Positions 8,722-19,145 of a DNA stretch of 51,460 nucleotides are shown in pieces; the first letter of the stretch is position 1, and every line of letters starts with the position of its first letter. Source of the stretch: an uncultured Smithella sp. Lineage in GTDB: Bacteria; Desulfobacterota; Syntrophia; Syntrophales; Smithellaceae. Below the pieces are notes generated by a model. It ran no database searches, had not been told where the DNA came from, and worked only from the letters and a program-made list of their open reading frames with translations. The translations under genes and the position numbers were made by a program. The stretch covers positions 1 through 51,460 of the forward strand of contig CAZBGE010000004.1 of assembly GCA_964491435.1 (NCBI GenBank). Reading direction: 5' to 3'.

Positions 8722-11460
8722 TTACCGGGCGTTGAAAACATCATGGATTACCTGGGCCAGTTTCTCCATGGTATAGGGTTTTTGAATGAAAGCATTGACA
8801 CCCTGCTCCATGGCAAAAACCACTCTTTCATCCTGTTTGAAACCAGACGCCATGATCACCTTGACCCGGCTGTCGATCTTCTTCATTTCCAGATAAACCT
8901 GTTCTCCCGATTTTTTAGGCATGACCAGATCCAGCAGGACCCCCTTGATTTCCGCATGCCGCTGTTCGAAGATCCGCAAAGCCTGCTCGCCGTCGGAGGC
9001 GGTGATAATCTCGTAACCGCATTTTTTCAAAATAGCATCAGCCGTATGCCTCATGACTTCTTCATCATCCACGACAAGGATCATTCCCTTGCCTTGAGGA
9101 ATTTCAAAATACTTCTCCTTTGCTTCCACCGGCGCCTGGCCATGAAAAACGGGAATATACACATCAAAAGTCGACCCCTGGCCGGCTTCGGAGTAAATGT
9201 TGATGAATCCGTCGTGCTGATGGACAATGTTATAAACCATCGAGAGACCGAGGCCCGTTCCTTTTCCCTTTTCCTTGGTGGTAAAAAACGGAACGAATAC
9301 TTTGGATACAGTCTGTGCATTCATGCCAACCCCCGTATCCTGAACGCAGATCCGCCAGTAGTCGATTGGTTTCGCTTCGGGACGGATGCCGCAGAATGCT
9401 GCGTCGGCCTCGATTTTTTCCAGGCTGACAGTCAAAACGCCTCCTTTCAACTCTCCTTCGGCGCGCATGATTGTCATGGCGTGGCTGGCATTGACGCAGA
9501 GATTCAGGAGCACCTGTTCCATCTGTGTCGCATCGGCATAAGCCAGGGCGGCTTCCCCGGGAACGGAAATCCGGATATCGATGGATTTGTCAAACGTACT
9601 TTCACAGATCTTCCTGACATTCGAAACCGTCATTTTCAAATCGATGGGCGCAAACTGTGTTTCTCTTCTGCGGGACAGGGTCAGAAGCTGCTGCACCATC
9701 TCCACGGCCCGTTGCCCTGATTTGTCCATGATATTCAGGCATTTTTTCAGCTTTTCCGGATCGATCCGCTGTTCTTTCCGCATCTCGAATTGCAGGAGGG
9801 ACAAGGTGCTGACAATTCCTCCCAAAACATTGTTAAAATCGTGGGCCAACCCTCCCGCCAGCGTGCCAATCGTTTCCATTTTTTGGGCCTGAAGGAGCTG
9901 CTCTTCCATTCTCAGTTTATCGGTGACATCGCGGATACTGCCTCGCAAAACGGTCAGGCCGCCTTCATCATAAATGGCGATGCAGTTGTCCTCACCGAAG
10001 ATATGGTATCCGTCCCGGCGGGGAATTTTATGGACGGTCAGGAATTTCACCTGTTTTTGCTCAATATTCCTGGAAATCTCCGCGAAACCGGCTTCGCCAA
10101 TCAGATCCTTCATGGTCAGTCCCCGCTTCAGATCATCCGGAGAATGGCCCGTCAGCCTGTATCCCGCCTGGTTTAAATAGGTCACCTTCAATCCGGCATC
10201 CGCTTCATAAATAATATCAGGCGTATTGTCAGCCAGCGCCCGGTACCTTTCCTCGCTCTCCCTCAGCGCCTTTTCCGCCCGCTTGTGTTCCAGAATCTCC
10301 GAATGCAGCGAGTTGCTGTACTGCTGCAGTTTTTCCATAAAGAAGTTGAAATATTTGGTCAACCGTCCCACTTCATCATCGGCTGAAGACGGCATGCGCA
10401 CGGAGAAATCATCCATGTCGCCCGTTGCAAAATATCCCATGATCTTTCTGATCGGCCTTGTAATGGCGGAACTGATCCAAAGCGTGACAATGAAAACGAT
10501 TGTGAGGGCCAGCAGGGAAACAAAGATAATCATGTTTCGCAAATGTTTGAGCGGCTCATAAAACTCGTCCGTATAGCCCGAGGAAGCGATAATCCAGTCA
10601 AGTTCCGGAATATAGTTTAACATGACGATTTTCTCACGAGGCTTGTCTTCGTTGGCATTTTGCCAGTTATAAACCAGCTTGCCGACCTTCTGCTTGATAA
10701 TCCGCTCGGCGGATTCCCGCAAATCGGGATCCGCCAGGTCATGGATATTGCCGCGCCGGAAGGGATGGACAATGAGGTTGCCGCGCGAGTCAATGATGTA
10801 CGAATAGCCAGTTTTACCGAAACGCATGGACAGAACACTGCTCCGTATGTCATTGACGCTGATCAGATGAATAAATTCCGCACGGTAGGAAGACACGGAG
10901 ATAATCCAGTCCCACGGCTGGAAGTGGGTCATGTAGAGGGCCTTCGGTTTAAACTCGGTTTCGCCGGGATTCTTCCATTCATAAGTCAGATAGCCCTCTT
11001 TGCGCTTCATCTGCTCCCGCACAAACTCATGATCGATGAAGCTCTTGCCTTCAACGCCGGGGACGGGATGAACAATGGCGACGCCATCCTTGTTTGTGCA
11101 GTAGATATAGCCTGTTTTACCAATGACCTGGCTGAACAGGACATTGCGCGACCGGCTCTTCGCCTCCTCTTCGGTAATCAAACCCTTTTTGTATTGCCGG
11201 TAAAAGTTTGCCACAATCATTTCGTTGGTCTCGGCCAATGCCCGCAAGTAATTTTTGATGGAAACATCCGCCGAGGTTTTCACCATGTTCAGCAGCATAT
11301 CCGTCGAGGAGGTCAGACGGGCCTCGATGTCGGCTTCGAGCATCTTTTGCGTAAAATGATAGATGGAGAAACTGGTTAACGCGATGACGGCGACCAGTGT
11401 CACACAGGTGCTCAGCAACAGTTTATATCGCACAGGCAAATCGGCAAAAAAGCGCTTCAT
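8722..11460 (-). CDS. Hybrid sensor histidine kinase (TM, Cache, HAMP, PAS, HisKA, HATPase, receiver)
   Basis: AHDFNN H-box, NLCVNA, DTGVGM, FFTTK, GTGLGL; receiver VVDDE...LLD...P...KP. Confidence 0.92.
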   Translation of the reverse strand: MKRFFADLPVRYKLLLSTCVTLVAVIALTSFSIYHFTQKMLEADIEARLTSSTDMLLNMVKTSADVSIKNYLRALAETNEMIVANFYRQYKKGLITEEEAKSRSRNVLFSQVIGKTGYIYCTNKDGVAIVHPVPGVEGKSFIDHEFVREQMKRKEGYLTYEWKNPGETEFKPKALYMTHFQPWDWIISVSSYRAEFIHLISVNDIRSSVLSMRFGKTGYSYIIDSRGNLIVHPFRRGNIHDLADPDLRESAERIIKQKVGKLVYNWQNANEDKPREKIVMLNYIPELDWIIASSGYTDEFYEPLKHLRNMIIFVSLLALTIVFIVTLWISSAITRPIRKIMGYFATGDMDDFSVRMPSSADDEVGRLTKYFNFFMEKLQQYSNSLHSEILEHKRAEKALRESEERYRALADNTPDIIYEADAGLKVTYLNQAGYRLTGHSPDDLKRGLTMKDLIGEAGFAEISRNIEQKQVKFLTVHKIPRRDGYHIFGEDNCIAIYDEGGLTVLRGSIRDVTDKLRMEEQLLQAQKMETIGTLAGGLAHDFNNVLGGIVSTLSLLQFEMRKEQRIDPEKLKKCLNIMDKSGQRAVEMVQQLLTLSRRRETQFAPIDLKMTVSNVRKICESTFDKSIDIRISVPGEAALAYADATQMEQVLLNLCVNASHAMTIMRAEGELKGGVLTVSLEKIEADAAFCGIRPEAKPIDYWRICVQDTGVGMNAQTVSKVFVPFFTTKEKGKGTGLGLSMVYNIVHQHDGFINIYSEAGQGSTFDVYIPVFHGQAPVEAKEKYFEIPQGKGMILVVDDEEVMRHTADAILKKCGYEIITASDGEQALRIFEQRHAEIKGVLLDLVMPKKSGEQVYLEMKKIDSRVKVIMASGFKQDERVVFAMEQGVNAFIQKPYTMEKLAQVIHDVFNAR

Positions 11461-11563
11461 AGCTTTATTTCCCCTACAAATAATGAAAGTTACTTAAGGC
11501 ATTAAGTGATTTCTGTCAAGCAAGGCAACAGGCGGCCATGATCCATCGCCGGCCTGCAAATGA

Positions 11564-13711
11564 TCAGAGAATTTGCAGGGATATTATTCCGATACCGCGC
11601 TTGCGCCTATCCCCGCCGACGCCCAGCTCCCGGGGACTGACGGGCTTCGGGATATGGATCAACAGGGATTCCGCATCTTTGACGCCGGAGAATTCCAGAC
11701 TGACGGTGCTTTTTTGCCCGGAAAGAAAAATAACCCGCTCGGCGTCGCCAATTCTTATCTTTATCGGTTGGCCGATATTGGGACCGAAGGCGAAACCTTC
11801 CAAAACAAGCTTAAATCTTTCAGGAAAAAGCCCCTTTAATTTGACAACGGCGGTATCGCTCTTCGTCCAGCGTCCCCAGTCTTCCCGGACAGACAAGCCT
11901 CTGGTAATGAATGTCACGGGAAATTCCTTCCTGAAATCCAGAAATACCGGCGGTGGAAAGGGACTTTCCCCTGCGGCGGCGGCAAATGACTTGTCCAGTT
12001 CTATTAACTGCTCATTTTCACTAATCGATAAAATCCGGCCCATCCCGTTGTTCCGCACCTCTTTGAGGATGGCATTTCTCCTGTCCAGCGGCAGACGTTT
12101 ATCCAGCGCCACATAATCGGCATTCAAATCTTTCAGGATCTTAATGGAAAAACCGGAAGGAAAAGTATTCAGAATCGTCATCCTTTCCCCAAAAGTGTCC
12201 GGCAGCTCTCCACTGAAGCCATTGACGATTTTTGCCCAATGCAGCGTTGAGCCAACCATGTAAGTCGCTTCCTCAACAGGGTAATCGTCTTGAAAATAGA
12301 AAATGGGCAGATAAAGAATTGTCAGGGAACGTTTAAAATTGGACTGAATTTTTAAGATTTCAGCATCAAGCTTTGAATAGGCAAAGGTTTTGTCCGGCTT
12401 GACCGGCAAATGATAAGGATACACCTCGACAATATAGAGGGCGCAGAAGATGGCGACAAGGGCATGCAGGATCTTGGTTGATTTGACCTTTGCCGCCAAC
12501 AGATACACCCCCAGGCTGGAAAGAAGCATCACGCCGAAGTAAATCATTAAAGAAAACCTTTGAGTAGCCCTCATGCCGGCAAGGAAGGGAACTATATCGG
12601 CAAGATAGGATAAAGGCAGGCGGAGATTCCATCCGCTGGCGATGAATCCTTTCGCCATAACGTAACCGCCGAGGCACAACATCGCTCCCATCCAGAAAAT
12701 TCTGGAGGAAGTTAAGCCCGTATCCGGAAATATCATCTTGCGACTCCCGGAAAGGAAAAAAACAACGGCAAGGAGACTCAACAAGAGAGGGATATAGCCA
12801 ATATAGAGAGTATTTTCCTGCCATATCCAGTAACGGTTTTGTGGAATCAATTCACCAAGCAAGGTCCCTTGCGGGGGATGGAGGTAATCCATCAGGCGGA
12901 CATTGCCTCCGGAAGCCGCGACAAACTCCATGCGATCGGAAAGGGTGGACGCTTCCTGCATGTCTATGTATGGAATCACAAAAGGAATCAGCGCAACGCC
13001 GACGGACAGCAGGATGAAGATATGGCTTTTCCATCTCGGTTTCGCCCAAAACCTCCTGTCCACAACCCAGGCAAAAACAAAGATTGAAATAAATGTGCAA
13101 ATGACCGCCAGATACCAGCTGACAAGGGCCTGCAAAGTAAAAAAACAGATCAGTCCCAGCGCAGACCTGTTATCTCCGGTTCTTATATAACGCAGGAGAT
13201 AATAAACAGCGTAGGGAATCCATTGAAAAGACAGAATCTGAAGATGGCTGATATGATGAACACGGAAGAACAGGAATCCCCAGAAGATACCGGACCAGCA
13301 TCCCGCAAGCCGGGAGCCGGTGATATGGAAAATGAGTTTATAAGCGCCGAGAGACGACAGCAAATAAGCCAGAAAAATGAGCATATTGTATCCAAACCAC
13401 GGACTTTCCGAGAAGGGACGAAAAATTGTATTAATCAGGCCGAGGGAAAACATGTGTTCGGAAAGAGCAATGCTGTTTGGCGCCGGATAAAACGCATTGC
13501 CATTAAAGATATTCAGCGGATCGGCCGTTATTGATTTTGACACCCACTGAAGCGCCCATGCGTTTAAAGCCGGGTCCCCCGTCTGAATGGAATGGCTTTC
13601 CAGACCTGTCCAGGAAAAGAAATTTGAACAAAAAAGAGCGGCCAGCAAAGTATAAGCAAGAATGACCTGCCAGCAGCTTTTATTCCAGTCTGATAATGGT
13701 TTACTTTTCAC
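11564..13711 (-). CDS. Polytopic membrane protein, GT-C/YfhO-like putative glycosyltransferase
   Basis: Many TM segments; GDPALNAW, FYPAPNSIALSEH, RATQRF, VNGFSG; C-terminal soluble domain with WGRW. Confidence 0.6.
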   Translation of the reverse strand: MKSKPLSDWNKSCWQVILAYTLLAALFCSNFFSWTGLESHSIQTGDPALNAWALQWVSKSITADPLNIFNGNAFYPAPNSIALSEHMFSLGLINTIFRPFSESPWFGYNMLIFLAYLLSSLGAYKLIFHITGSRLAGCWSGIFWGFLFFRVHHISHLQILSFQWIPYAVYYLLRYIRTGDNRSALGLICFFTLQALVSWYLAVICTFISIFVFAWVVDRRFWAKPRWKSHIFILLSVGVALIPFVIPYIDMQEASTLSDRMEFVAASGGNVRLMDYLHPPQGTLLGELIPQNRYWIWQENTLYIGYIPLLLSLLAVVFFLSGSRKMIFPDTGLTSSRIFWMGAMLCLGGYVMAKGFIASGWNLRLPLSYLADIVPFLAGMRATQRFSLMIYFGVMLLSSLGVYLLAAKVKSTKILHALVAIFCALYIVEVYPYHLPVKPDKTFAYSKLDAEILKIQSNFKRSLTILYLPIFYFQDDYPVEEATYMVGSTLHWAKIVNGFSGELPDTFGERMTILNTFPSGFSIKILKDLNADYVALDKRLPLDRRNAILKEVRNNGMGRILSISENEQLIELDKSFAAAAGESPFPPPVFLDFRKEFPVTFITRGLSVREDWGRWTKSDTAVVKLKGLFPERFKLVLEGFAFGPNIGQPIKIRIGDAERVIFLSGQKSTVSLEFSGVKDAESLLIHIPKPVSPRELGVGGDRRKRGIGIISLQIL

Positions 13712-13753
13712 TGCCGCATTGACCTTCTGATCTCCGTATTCCGTCTTTTTCAG

Positions 13754-14632
13754 TCAGGGGCGATGATCGCCGCCATTCAGAAAAGACGCTGAGGCATGAT
13801 AGGAACTGCGCACGAGCGGACCGGATTCCACGTGCCGGAATCCCTTTTGATACGCGGCAGCCTTGAACCCGGCAAATTCATCCGGATGGTAATATCTGGC
13901 CACCGGCCAGTGCCCCCGCGTCGGCTGCTGGTATTGCCCAATGGTCAGGCGCGCGCAGGAAACGGACGCCAGATCATCCATCAGGCGCAGGATATCCTCT
14001 TTTTCTTCGCCGAAACCCACCATGAAACCGCTCTTGGAAACAACCGGGCCTGACGCCACGCGGGATAACAGTTCAAGCGAGCGCCGGTAATCGCCCTGCG
14101 GCCGCAGACGGGAAAACAGGGGTTCCACCACTTCCATGTTGTGGTTGATCACGTCGGGGCCCGCGTCGATCACCCTGGCCAGCGCATCGGCATTCCCCCG
14201 GAAATCGGGAATCAGCACTTCGATTCTGCAATCCGGCCCGGCCCGGCGCAGCCCGGCAATACAATCGGCAAAGACTTGCGCCCCTCCGTCGGGCAGATCG
14301 TCGCGCGTCACGGATGTAATGACCGTGTAATGCAGATTCATTTGCCGGACGGCGGCAATCAAATGGTCAACTTCGTTTTTATCAACCTGATTGGGATCGC
14401 CGTGCGCAACATTGCAATACAGGCAGTTGCGTGTGCAGATATTGCCGAGAATCAGAAAAGTGGCCGTACCGCTCTGGAAGCACTCCGCCATATTGGGGCA
14501 TGCTGCTTCCTGGCAGACGGTATGCAATTGGAGACCGGAAAGCGTTTTGCGGATTTGACGGCAGCCGTCAGAATGCGCCGGACGAACTTTCAGCCAATCA
14601 GGCTTGCGCGGAATCCGGGATTTCGCATCCAT
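13754..14632 (-). CDS. lipA: Lipoyl synthase
   Basis: CQEAACPNMAEC and CTRNCLYC motifs; RSSY C-terminal motif. Confidence 0.95.
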   Translation of the reverse strand: MDAKSRIPRKPDWLKVRPAHSDGCRQIRKTLSGLQLHTVCQEAACPNMAECFQSGTATFLILGNICTRNCLYCNVAHGDPNQVDKNEVDHLIAAVRQMNLHYTVITSVTRDDLPDGGAQVFADCIAGLRRAGPDCRIEVLIPDFRGNADALARVIDAGPDVINHNMEVVEPLFSRLRPQGDYRRSLELLSRVASGPVVSKSGFMVGFGEEKEDILRLMDDLASVSCARLTIGQYQQPTRGHWPVARYYHPDEFAGFKAAAYQKGFRHVESGPLVRSSYHASASFLNGGDHRP

Positions 14633-14633
14633 G

Positions 14634-16076
14634 CTACGATCTTTTCCAGCAGACGTCCGGTTTGCGGGCTGCCAGAACCTCGTCGAGGCGGCTCACCGGC
14701 GTGGACAGCGGCGCATTTTTCACGCCCTGCGGATTATCTTTGGCCTCCCGGGCGATGGCAATCATCGCATCGCAAAAGGTGTCAAGCGTTTCTCTGCTTT
14801 CCGTTTCGGTCGGTTCAATCATGATGGCTTCATGGACGATGAGCGGAAAATAAATGGTCGGCGGATGATAGCCGAAATCGATCAGCCGCTTGGCGATATC
14901 GCTGGTATGCACGCCGTTTTCCGCCACCTGGCGGTTTCCGGAGAAAACGCATTCATGCATGCAGGTGCGGTCGAACGGCAGCTCAAAATAAGGCTTTAAT
15001 TTTTCTTTAATGTAGTTGGCGTTGAGAACGGCCATTTCCGTGGCGCGTGTCAAACCCGCTGCGCCCAGCGAACGGATGTACGTGTAGGCTTTGACGATGA
15101 CGTTAAAGTTTCCGTAAAAGGCGCGCACACGGCCGATCGAATCGGGAAAATTCTCCGACCAAACATACGCCGAATCTTTTTTGACGATGCGGGGTACGGG
15201 CAGATAATCCACCAGTCCGGCGCTCACCCCCACCGGGCCGCTTCCGGGACCGCCGCCGCCGTGCGGCGTGGAAAAGGTTTTATGCAAATTAAGCTGAATC
15301 ACGTCAAATCCCAGATCGCCGGGCCTCGTCTTGCCCAGAAAGGCGTTGGCATTTGCGCCGTCGCCATACAGCAGGCCGCCCTTCCCGTGGACAATGGCCG
15401 CCACTTTTTCGATGTTTCGTTCAAACAGACCCAGCGTGTTGGGATTGGTCAGCATCAGGGCGGCCACATCTTCCGTCATCAGGGATTCCAGGTGCGCAAG
15501 ATCGACGCCTCCTTCCGCGTTGGAGCGCAGCGTGACGGTTTCAAAGCCGCACAGCGCGCCGGAGGCGGGATTAGTGCCGTGGGCGGCGTCGGGAATCAAA
15601 ATCAGGTGACGCTTTTGCCCCTTCTTTTCAAAATACTTCTTGATCATCATGACGCCGGTCAGTTCGCCGTGCGCGCCCGCCGCCGGTTGCAGCGTGAACT
15701 CCGCCATGCCGAAAATGCCGCACAAAAGCCTCTGCATGTCGAACAGCAGTTCCAGGCTGCCCTGGGCGAAGTCATCCGGAACGTCCGGATGCAGCCCTGT
15801 AAATCCCGGCAGAACCGCCGCGTTTTCGTTGAGCTTGGGGTTGTATTTCATGGTGCAGGAACCCAGCGGATAGAAACCCAGATCCACGCCGAAGTTTCGT
15901 CGCGACAAATTGGTATAGTGGCGCACCAGATCGATTTCCGCAACTTCCGGCAGGTCCAGATCGTCGCGCAAATACTTCTTTCCGATGACGTCATCGATAT
16001 TAACCGCCGGCACATCGCTTGCGGAAACATCCGCTGCGCTCCGTCCGGATTTGCTGATTTCAAAAATCAATTCCAT
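14634..16076 (-). CDS. gcvPB: Glycine dehydrogenase (decarboxylating) subunit 2
   Basis: [40 protein letters not shown]. Confidence 0.95.
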   Translation of the reverse strand: MELIFEISKSGRSAADVSASDVPAVNIDDVIGKKYLRDDLDLPEVAEIDLVRHYTNLSRRNFGVDLGFYPLGSCTMKYNPKLNENAAVLPGFTGLHPDVPDDFAQGSLELLFDMQRLLCGIFGMAEFTLQPAAGAHGELTGVMMIKKYFEKKGQKRHLILIPDAAHGTNPASGALCGFETVTLRSNAEGGVDLAHLESLMTEDVAALMLTNPNTLGLFERNIEKVAAIVHGKGGLLYGDGANANAFLGKTRPGDLGFDVIQLNLHKTFSTPHGGGGPGSGPVGVSAGLVDYLPVPRIVKKDSAYVWSENFPDSIGRVRAFYGNFNVIVKAYTYIRSLGAAGLTRATEMAVLNANYIKEKLKPYFELPFDRTCMHECVFSGNRQVAENGVHTSDIAKRLIDFGYHPPTIYFPLIVHEAIMIEPTETESRETLDTFCDAMIAIAREAKDNPQGVKNAPLSTPVSRLDEVLAARKPDVCWKRS

Positions 16077-16147
16077 GAATGAACTCCCTCAAAATATCTT
16101 GCGTGGTCTCAGTCTCGCTTCTCAGATAATCGAAATGTTCACCATAT

Positions 16148-16234
16148 GTAGTGCGTAGCTTCAGCTGCGCTTGAAACGGGCGTGAAGCCCCGAACCATAT
16201 TCTATTATTTTGCGGACCTGAAGGTCCGAACTAC
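16148..16234. repeat. GTAG-type REP/REPIN-like cluster (3 units) between gcvPA and gcvPB
   Basis: GTAGTGCGTAGCTTCAGCTGCGC (16148-16170), degenerate inverted unit 16177-16198, inverted GCGGACCTGAAGGTCCGAACTAC (16212-16234). Confidence 0.75.
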
Positions 16235-16270
16235 ATAAACACCACTGACACCGTTCATCATCATGGACCA

Positions 16271-17602
16271 TCAGGAAGCTTTCAGAATCTCCGCCACGCG
16301 ATCCAGATCGTTTTTGGAAAGCATTTCCGTCGCGCAGAAAAGCAGCGTGTTCCCGAGTTCCGGATAATCTTTCTGCAAATCGTATGCGCCGGTCATGCCC
16401 GCGTTTTGCAGCTTTTCGTTCACCTTCCCGGCATCGGGACAGCGCAGGGCAAACTCGTTGTACACCGGCGCGGCAAACACATCCTGCCAGCCCGCAAGTT
16501 GCAAAAGTTTGTTTTTCAGATACTGCGCCTTGTAAACATTTAACGCCGCCAGTTTGCGCAGATTCTTTCCCAGCGCGGCCAGATAAATCCCCGCAGCCAG
16601 CGCGCAGAGCGCTTCATTGGAGCAGATATTGGACGTCGCCTTTTCGCGGCGGATATGCTGTTCGCGGGTTTGCAGCGTCAGGACAAAGCCGCGCTTGCCG
16701 TTTTTATCCACCGTCGCACCCGCCAGCCTGCCCGGAATGCGGCGGAGATATTTTTCACGCGCGGCGAAAATCCCGAGGTAGGGTCCGCCGTAGTTGAGCG
16801 AATTGCCGAAGCTCTGCCCTTCGCCTGCGACAAAATCCGCGCCGCAGGCGCCGGCGGGCTTCAGAATGCCCAGAGACGTGCCGTCGGTAAACCCGGCAAT
16901 CAGCAGCGCACCGCTTTGATGAACCGCATCCCCAACCGGCGCGATATCTTCGATGCAGCCGAAGAAATTGGGGCTCTGCACAACAACCGCCGCCACATCG
17001 GCGTCCAGCGCGGATGTCAGCGCGGCCAGATCCACCTGGCCTGTGAGGACGCAGGGAACTTCCGTTACCGTATAGCCGTTGGCCCACGAATACGTCCGCA
17101 GAACCTGCCGGTACTGGGGATGAACCGACCGGGCGACAACAATTCTGGTACGGTTGGACATCTTGGCGCACAGCACCGCCGCCTCTGCCACGGCCGAAGC
17201 CCCGTCATACATGGAGGCGTTGGCCGCCTCCATTCCGGTCAGGCGGGCAATCATGGTCTGGTATTCGTAGATCGCCTGCAAAATGCCCTGGCTGATTTCC
17301 GCCTGGTAGGGAGTATATGCGGTGTAGAATTCGGCGCGGGAGGCCAGATGACCGACAACCGCCGGAATGTAGTGAGCATAAGCGCCCGCGCCGGTCAGCG
17401 TCACGCGCGGCGTCCGGTTTTTCGCGCCAAGCGCCTGCATCAGTCCGAGCGCTTCCTGCTCGGACAAAGCCTCCGGCATGTCGGGCATTTGCTTTAAACG
17501 GAATTTTTGCGGAATGTCGGCAAACAGTTCTTCAATGCTGTTCACGCCAACCGCCGCCTGCATCTGGCTGATATCTTCCGGTGTGTGCGGACAGTAATCC
17601 AT
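16271..17602 (-). CDS. gcvPA: Glycine dehydrogenase (decarboxylating) subunit 1
   Basis: TAYTPYQAEISQG, NASMYDGA, TREQHIRREKATSNICSN. Confidence 0.95.
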   Translation of the reverse strand: MDYCPHTPEDISQMQAAVGVNSIEELFADIPQKFRLKQMPDMPEALSEQEALGLMQALGAKNRTPRVTLTGAGAYAHYIPAVVGHLASRAEFYTAYTPYQAEISQGILQAIYEYQTMIARLTGMEAANASMYDGASAVAEAAVLCAKMSNRTRIVVARSVHPQYRQVLRTYSWANGYTVTEVPCVLTGQVDLAALTSALDADVAAVVVQSPNFFGCIEDIAPVGDAVHQSGALLIAGFTDGTSLGILKPAGACGADFVAGEGQSFGNSLNYGGPYLGIFAAREKYLRRIPGRLAGATVDKNGKRGFVLTLQTREQHIRREKATSNICSNEALCALAAGIYLAALGKNLRKLAALNVYKAQYLKNKLLQLAGWQDVFAAPVYNEFALRCPDAGKVNEKLQNAGMTGAYDLQKDYPELGNTLLFCATEMLSKNDLDRVAEILKAS

Positions 17603-17608
17603 TTTTGT

Positions 17609-18007
17609 CTAATGTTTTTCCTCCTGAATCAGTGCATCATAAGCTTCGGCAGAAAGCAGGGTTTTCAGTTCGTCTGCCTGGCCGATTTTCAGCTTGGCGA
17701 TCCAGCCCTCGCCGAAAGCATCGCGGTTCAGCAGCTCCGGCGTATCCTCCAGGGCTTTGTTGACGTCCATGACTTCGCCGCCGACCGGCGCGTAAACGTC
17801 GGACACGGATTTGACGGATTCAACCACCGCCACCGGTTCACCCTGCGCAACTTTCTTGCCTATGGCCGGCAATTCCACAAACACAATGTCCGTCAGCATT
17901 TCCTGGGCGTAATCAGTGATGCCGACCAGGGCCGTGCCGTCGCCGTTGTCTTTGACCCATTCATGGTCTTTGGAATACAGTCTATCCGTTGGATTTGGTT
18001 TGGACAT
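17609..18007 (-). CDS. gcvH: Glycine cleavage H protein
   Basis: HEWV, VGITDYAQ, VESVKSVSDVYAP lipoyl-Lys motif; start moved to MSKPNP at 18007. Confidence 0.95.
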   Translation of the reverse strand: MSKPNPTDRLYSKDHEWVKDNGDGTALVGITDYAQEMLTDIVFVELPAIGKKVAQGEPVAVVESVKSVSDVYAPVGGEVMDVNKALEDTPELLNRDAFGEGWIAKLKIGQADELKTLLSAEAYDALIQEEKH

Positions 18008-18026
18008 AATCAATCTCCTCGGTAAT

Positions 18027-19118
18027 TTATTTTTGTCTTTTGTAAAAAGGGAGTTTAACAATCTTTGCCGGACTGACGGTATCGCGGATGACAATATTGA
18101 TTTCCGTATCCGGCAAGGCAAACTCGATATCGACAAACGCCAGACCGACGGCTTTGTTTAATGTCGGAGAAAATGTGCCGGATGTGACCGTGCCGATTGT
18201 CTTGCCGTTTTTCATAACCGGATATTCATGGCGCGCAATGCCGCGCCCGGTCATTTCAAAACCGACCAGCTTCTTTTTGAGACCGGCATCCTTCATGGCC
18301 GCAAGCGCCGCCTTGCCGGCGAAATCCTTGTTCCAGTCCACCAGCCAGCTGTAGGGTACTTCCAGCGGGCAGACCTCCCCGGTAATATCCTGGCCGTTAA
18401 GCATCATGCCGGATTCCAGGCGCAGTGTGTCGCGCGCGCCCAGCCCCGCCGGTTTCATGCCCAGCGGAGCGCCCGCCTCCATCAGCGCGTCCCAGATCAA
18501 ACCGATTTTTTCCGCGGCGGCGTATACTTCAAAACCGTCTTCCCCCGTGTAGCCGCTGCGCGAAATAATGGCGTCCATACCGGCCACCTGCGCTTCGGCA
18601 AAATGGTAGAAACGGATTCCTTTTAAATCGGCGGGGGTCAGTTTCTGAAGAATTTCCTCGGAACGCGGCCCCTGCAAATCCAGTTTGCCGGTTTTGTCGC
18701 TCACATCCGTGATGCGGCAGTCGAATTTATTCTGAGCGAGAATGTCCTGAACCCGCAGAAAATCCGGTTCGCGCGTGGAAGCGTTGGTCACCAGCAGATA
18801 GAAATCTTCCGCCATTTTATAGACGGTCAGATCGTCGATGATACAGCCGCGGTCGTTGAGCAGCGCGGAAAGTTTGACCTGGCCCGTCTTCTGCCCGGAG
18901 AGCTCCCGGGTCAGGGCCAGTTGCAGCAGATCCAGCGCCTGCGGTCCCCTGACTTCGATTTCGCCCATGTGGCAGATGTCAAAAAGCGTCGCTTTATCCC
19001 GGGTCGTCTTATGCTCATCGATGACGTTGGTATATTGCACCGGCATGGCCCAGCCGCCGAAATCAATGATTTTCGCTTTCAGGGCAACATGTTTTTCGTA
19101 CAAGGGTGTTTTTTTCAT
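18027..19118 (-). CDS. gcvT: Aminomethyltransferase, glycine cleavage T protein
   Basis: KTPLY, FGGWAMP, FDICHMGE, SGYTGEDGFE, GLGARDTLRLE. Confidence 0.95.
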   Translation of the reverse strand: MKKTPLYEKHVALKAKIIDFGGWAMPVQYTNVIDEHKTTRDKATLFDICHMGEIEVRGPQALDLLQLALTRELSGQKTGQVKLSALLNDRGCIIDDLTVYKMAEDFYLLVTNASTREPDFLRVQDILAQNKFDCRITDVSDKTGKLDLQGPRSEEILQKLTPADLKGIRFYHFAEAQVAGMDAIISRSGYTGEDGFEVYAAAEKIGLIWDALMEAGAPLGMKPAGLGARDTLRLESGMMLNGQDITGEVCPLEVPYSWLVDWNKDFAGKAALAAMKDAGLKKKLVGFEMTGRGIARHEYPVMKNGKTIGTVTSGTFSPTLNKAVGLAFVDIEFALPDTEINIVIRDTVSPAKIVKLPFYKRQK

Positions 19119-19145
19119 GAATGACCCATACTCCTCGATAACTGT

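Noticed and set aside
8668-9720. 350-aa plus-strand ORF and other long antisense ORFs (e.g. 10660-11379, 15261-16082, 16655-17497, 31630-32394, 43398-44300, 49114-49884)
   Set aside because: They lie opposite well-supported genes and carry no motifs; shadow frames typical of this GC content.
16148-16234. REP clusters as possible CRISPR or guide-RNA arrays
   Set aside because: Units are inverted, irregularly spaced and variable; no constant repeat-spacer period; no cas or Nop-domain gene.
19119-19145. Glycine riboswitch before gcvT
   Set aside because: Only 27 bp separate def and gcvT; no aptamer motif recognised upstream of def either.
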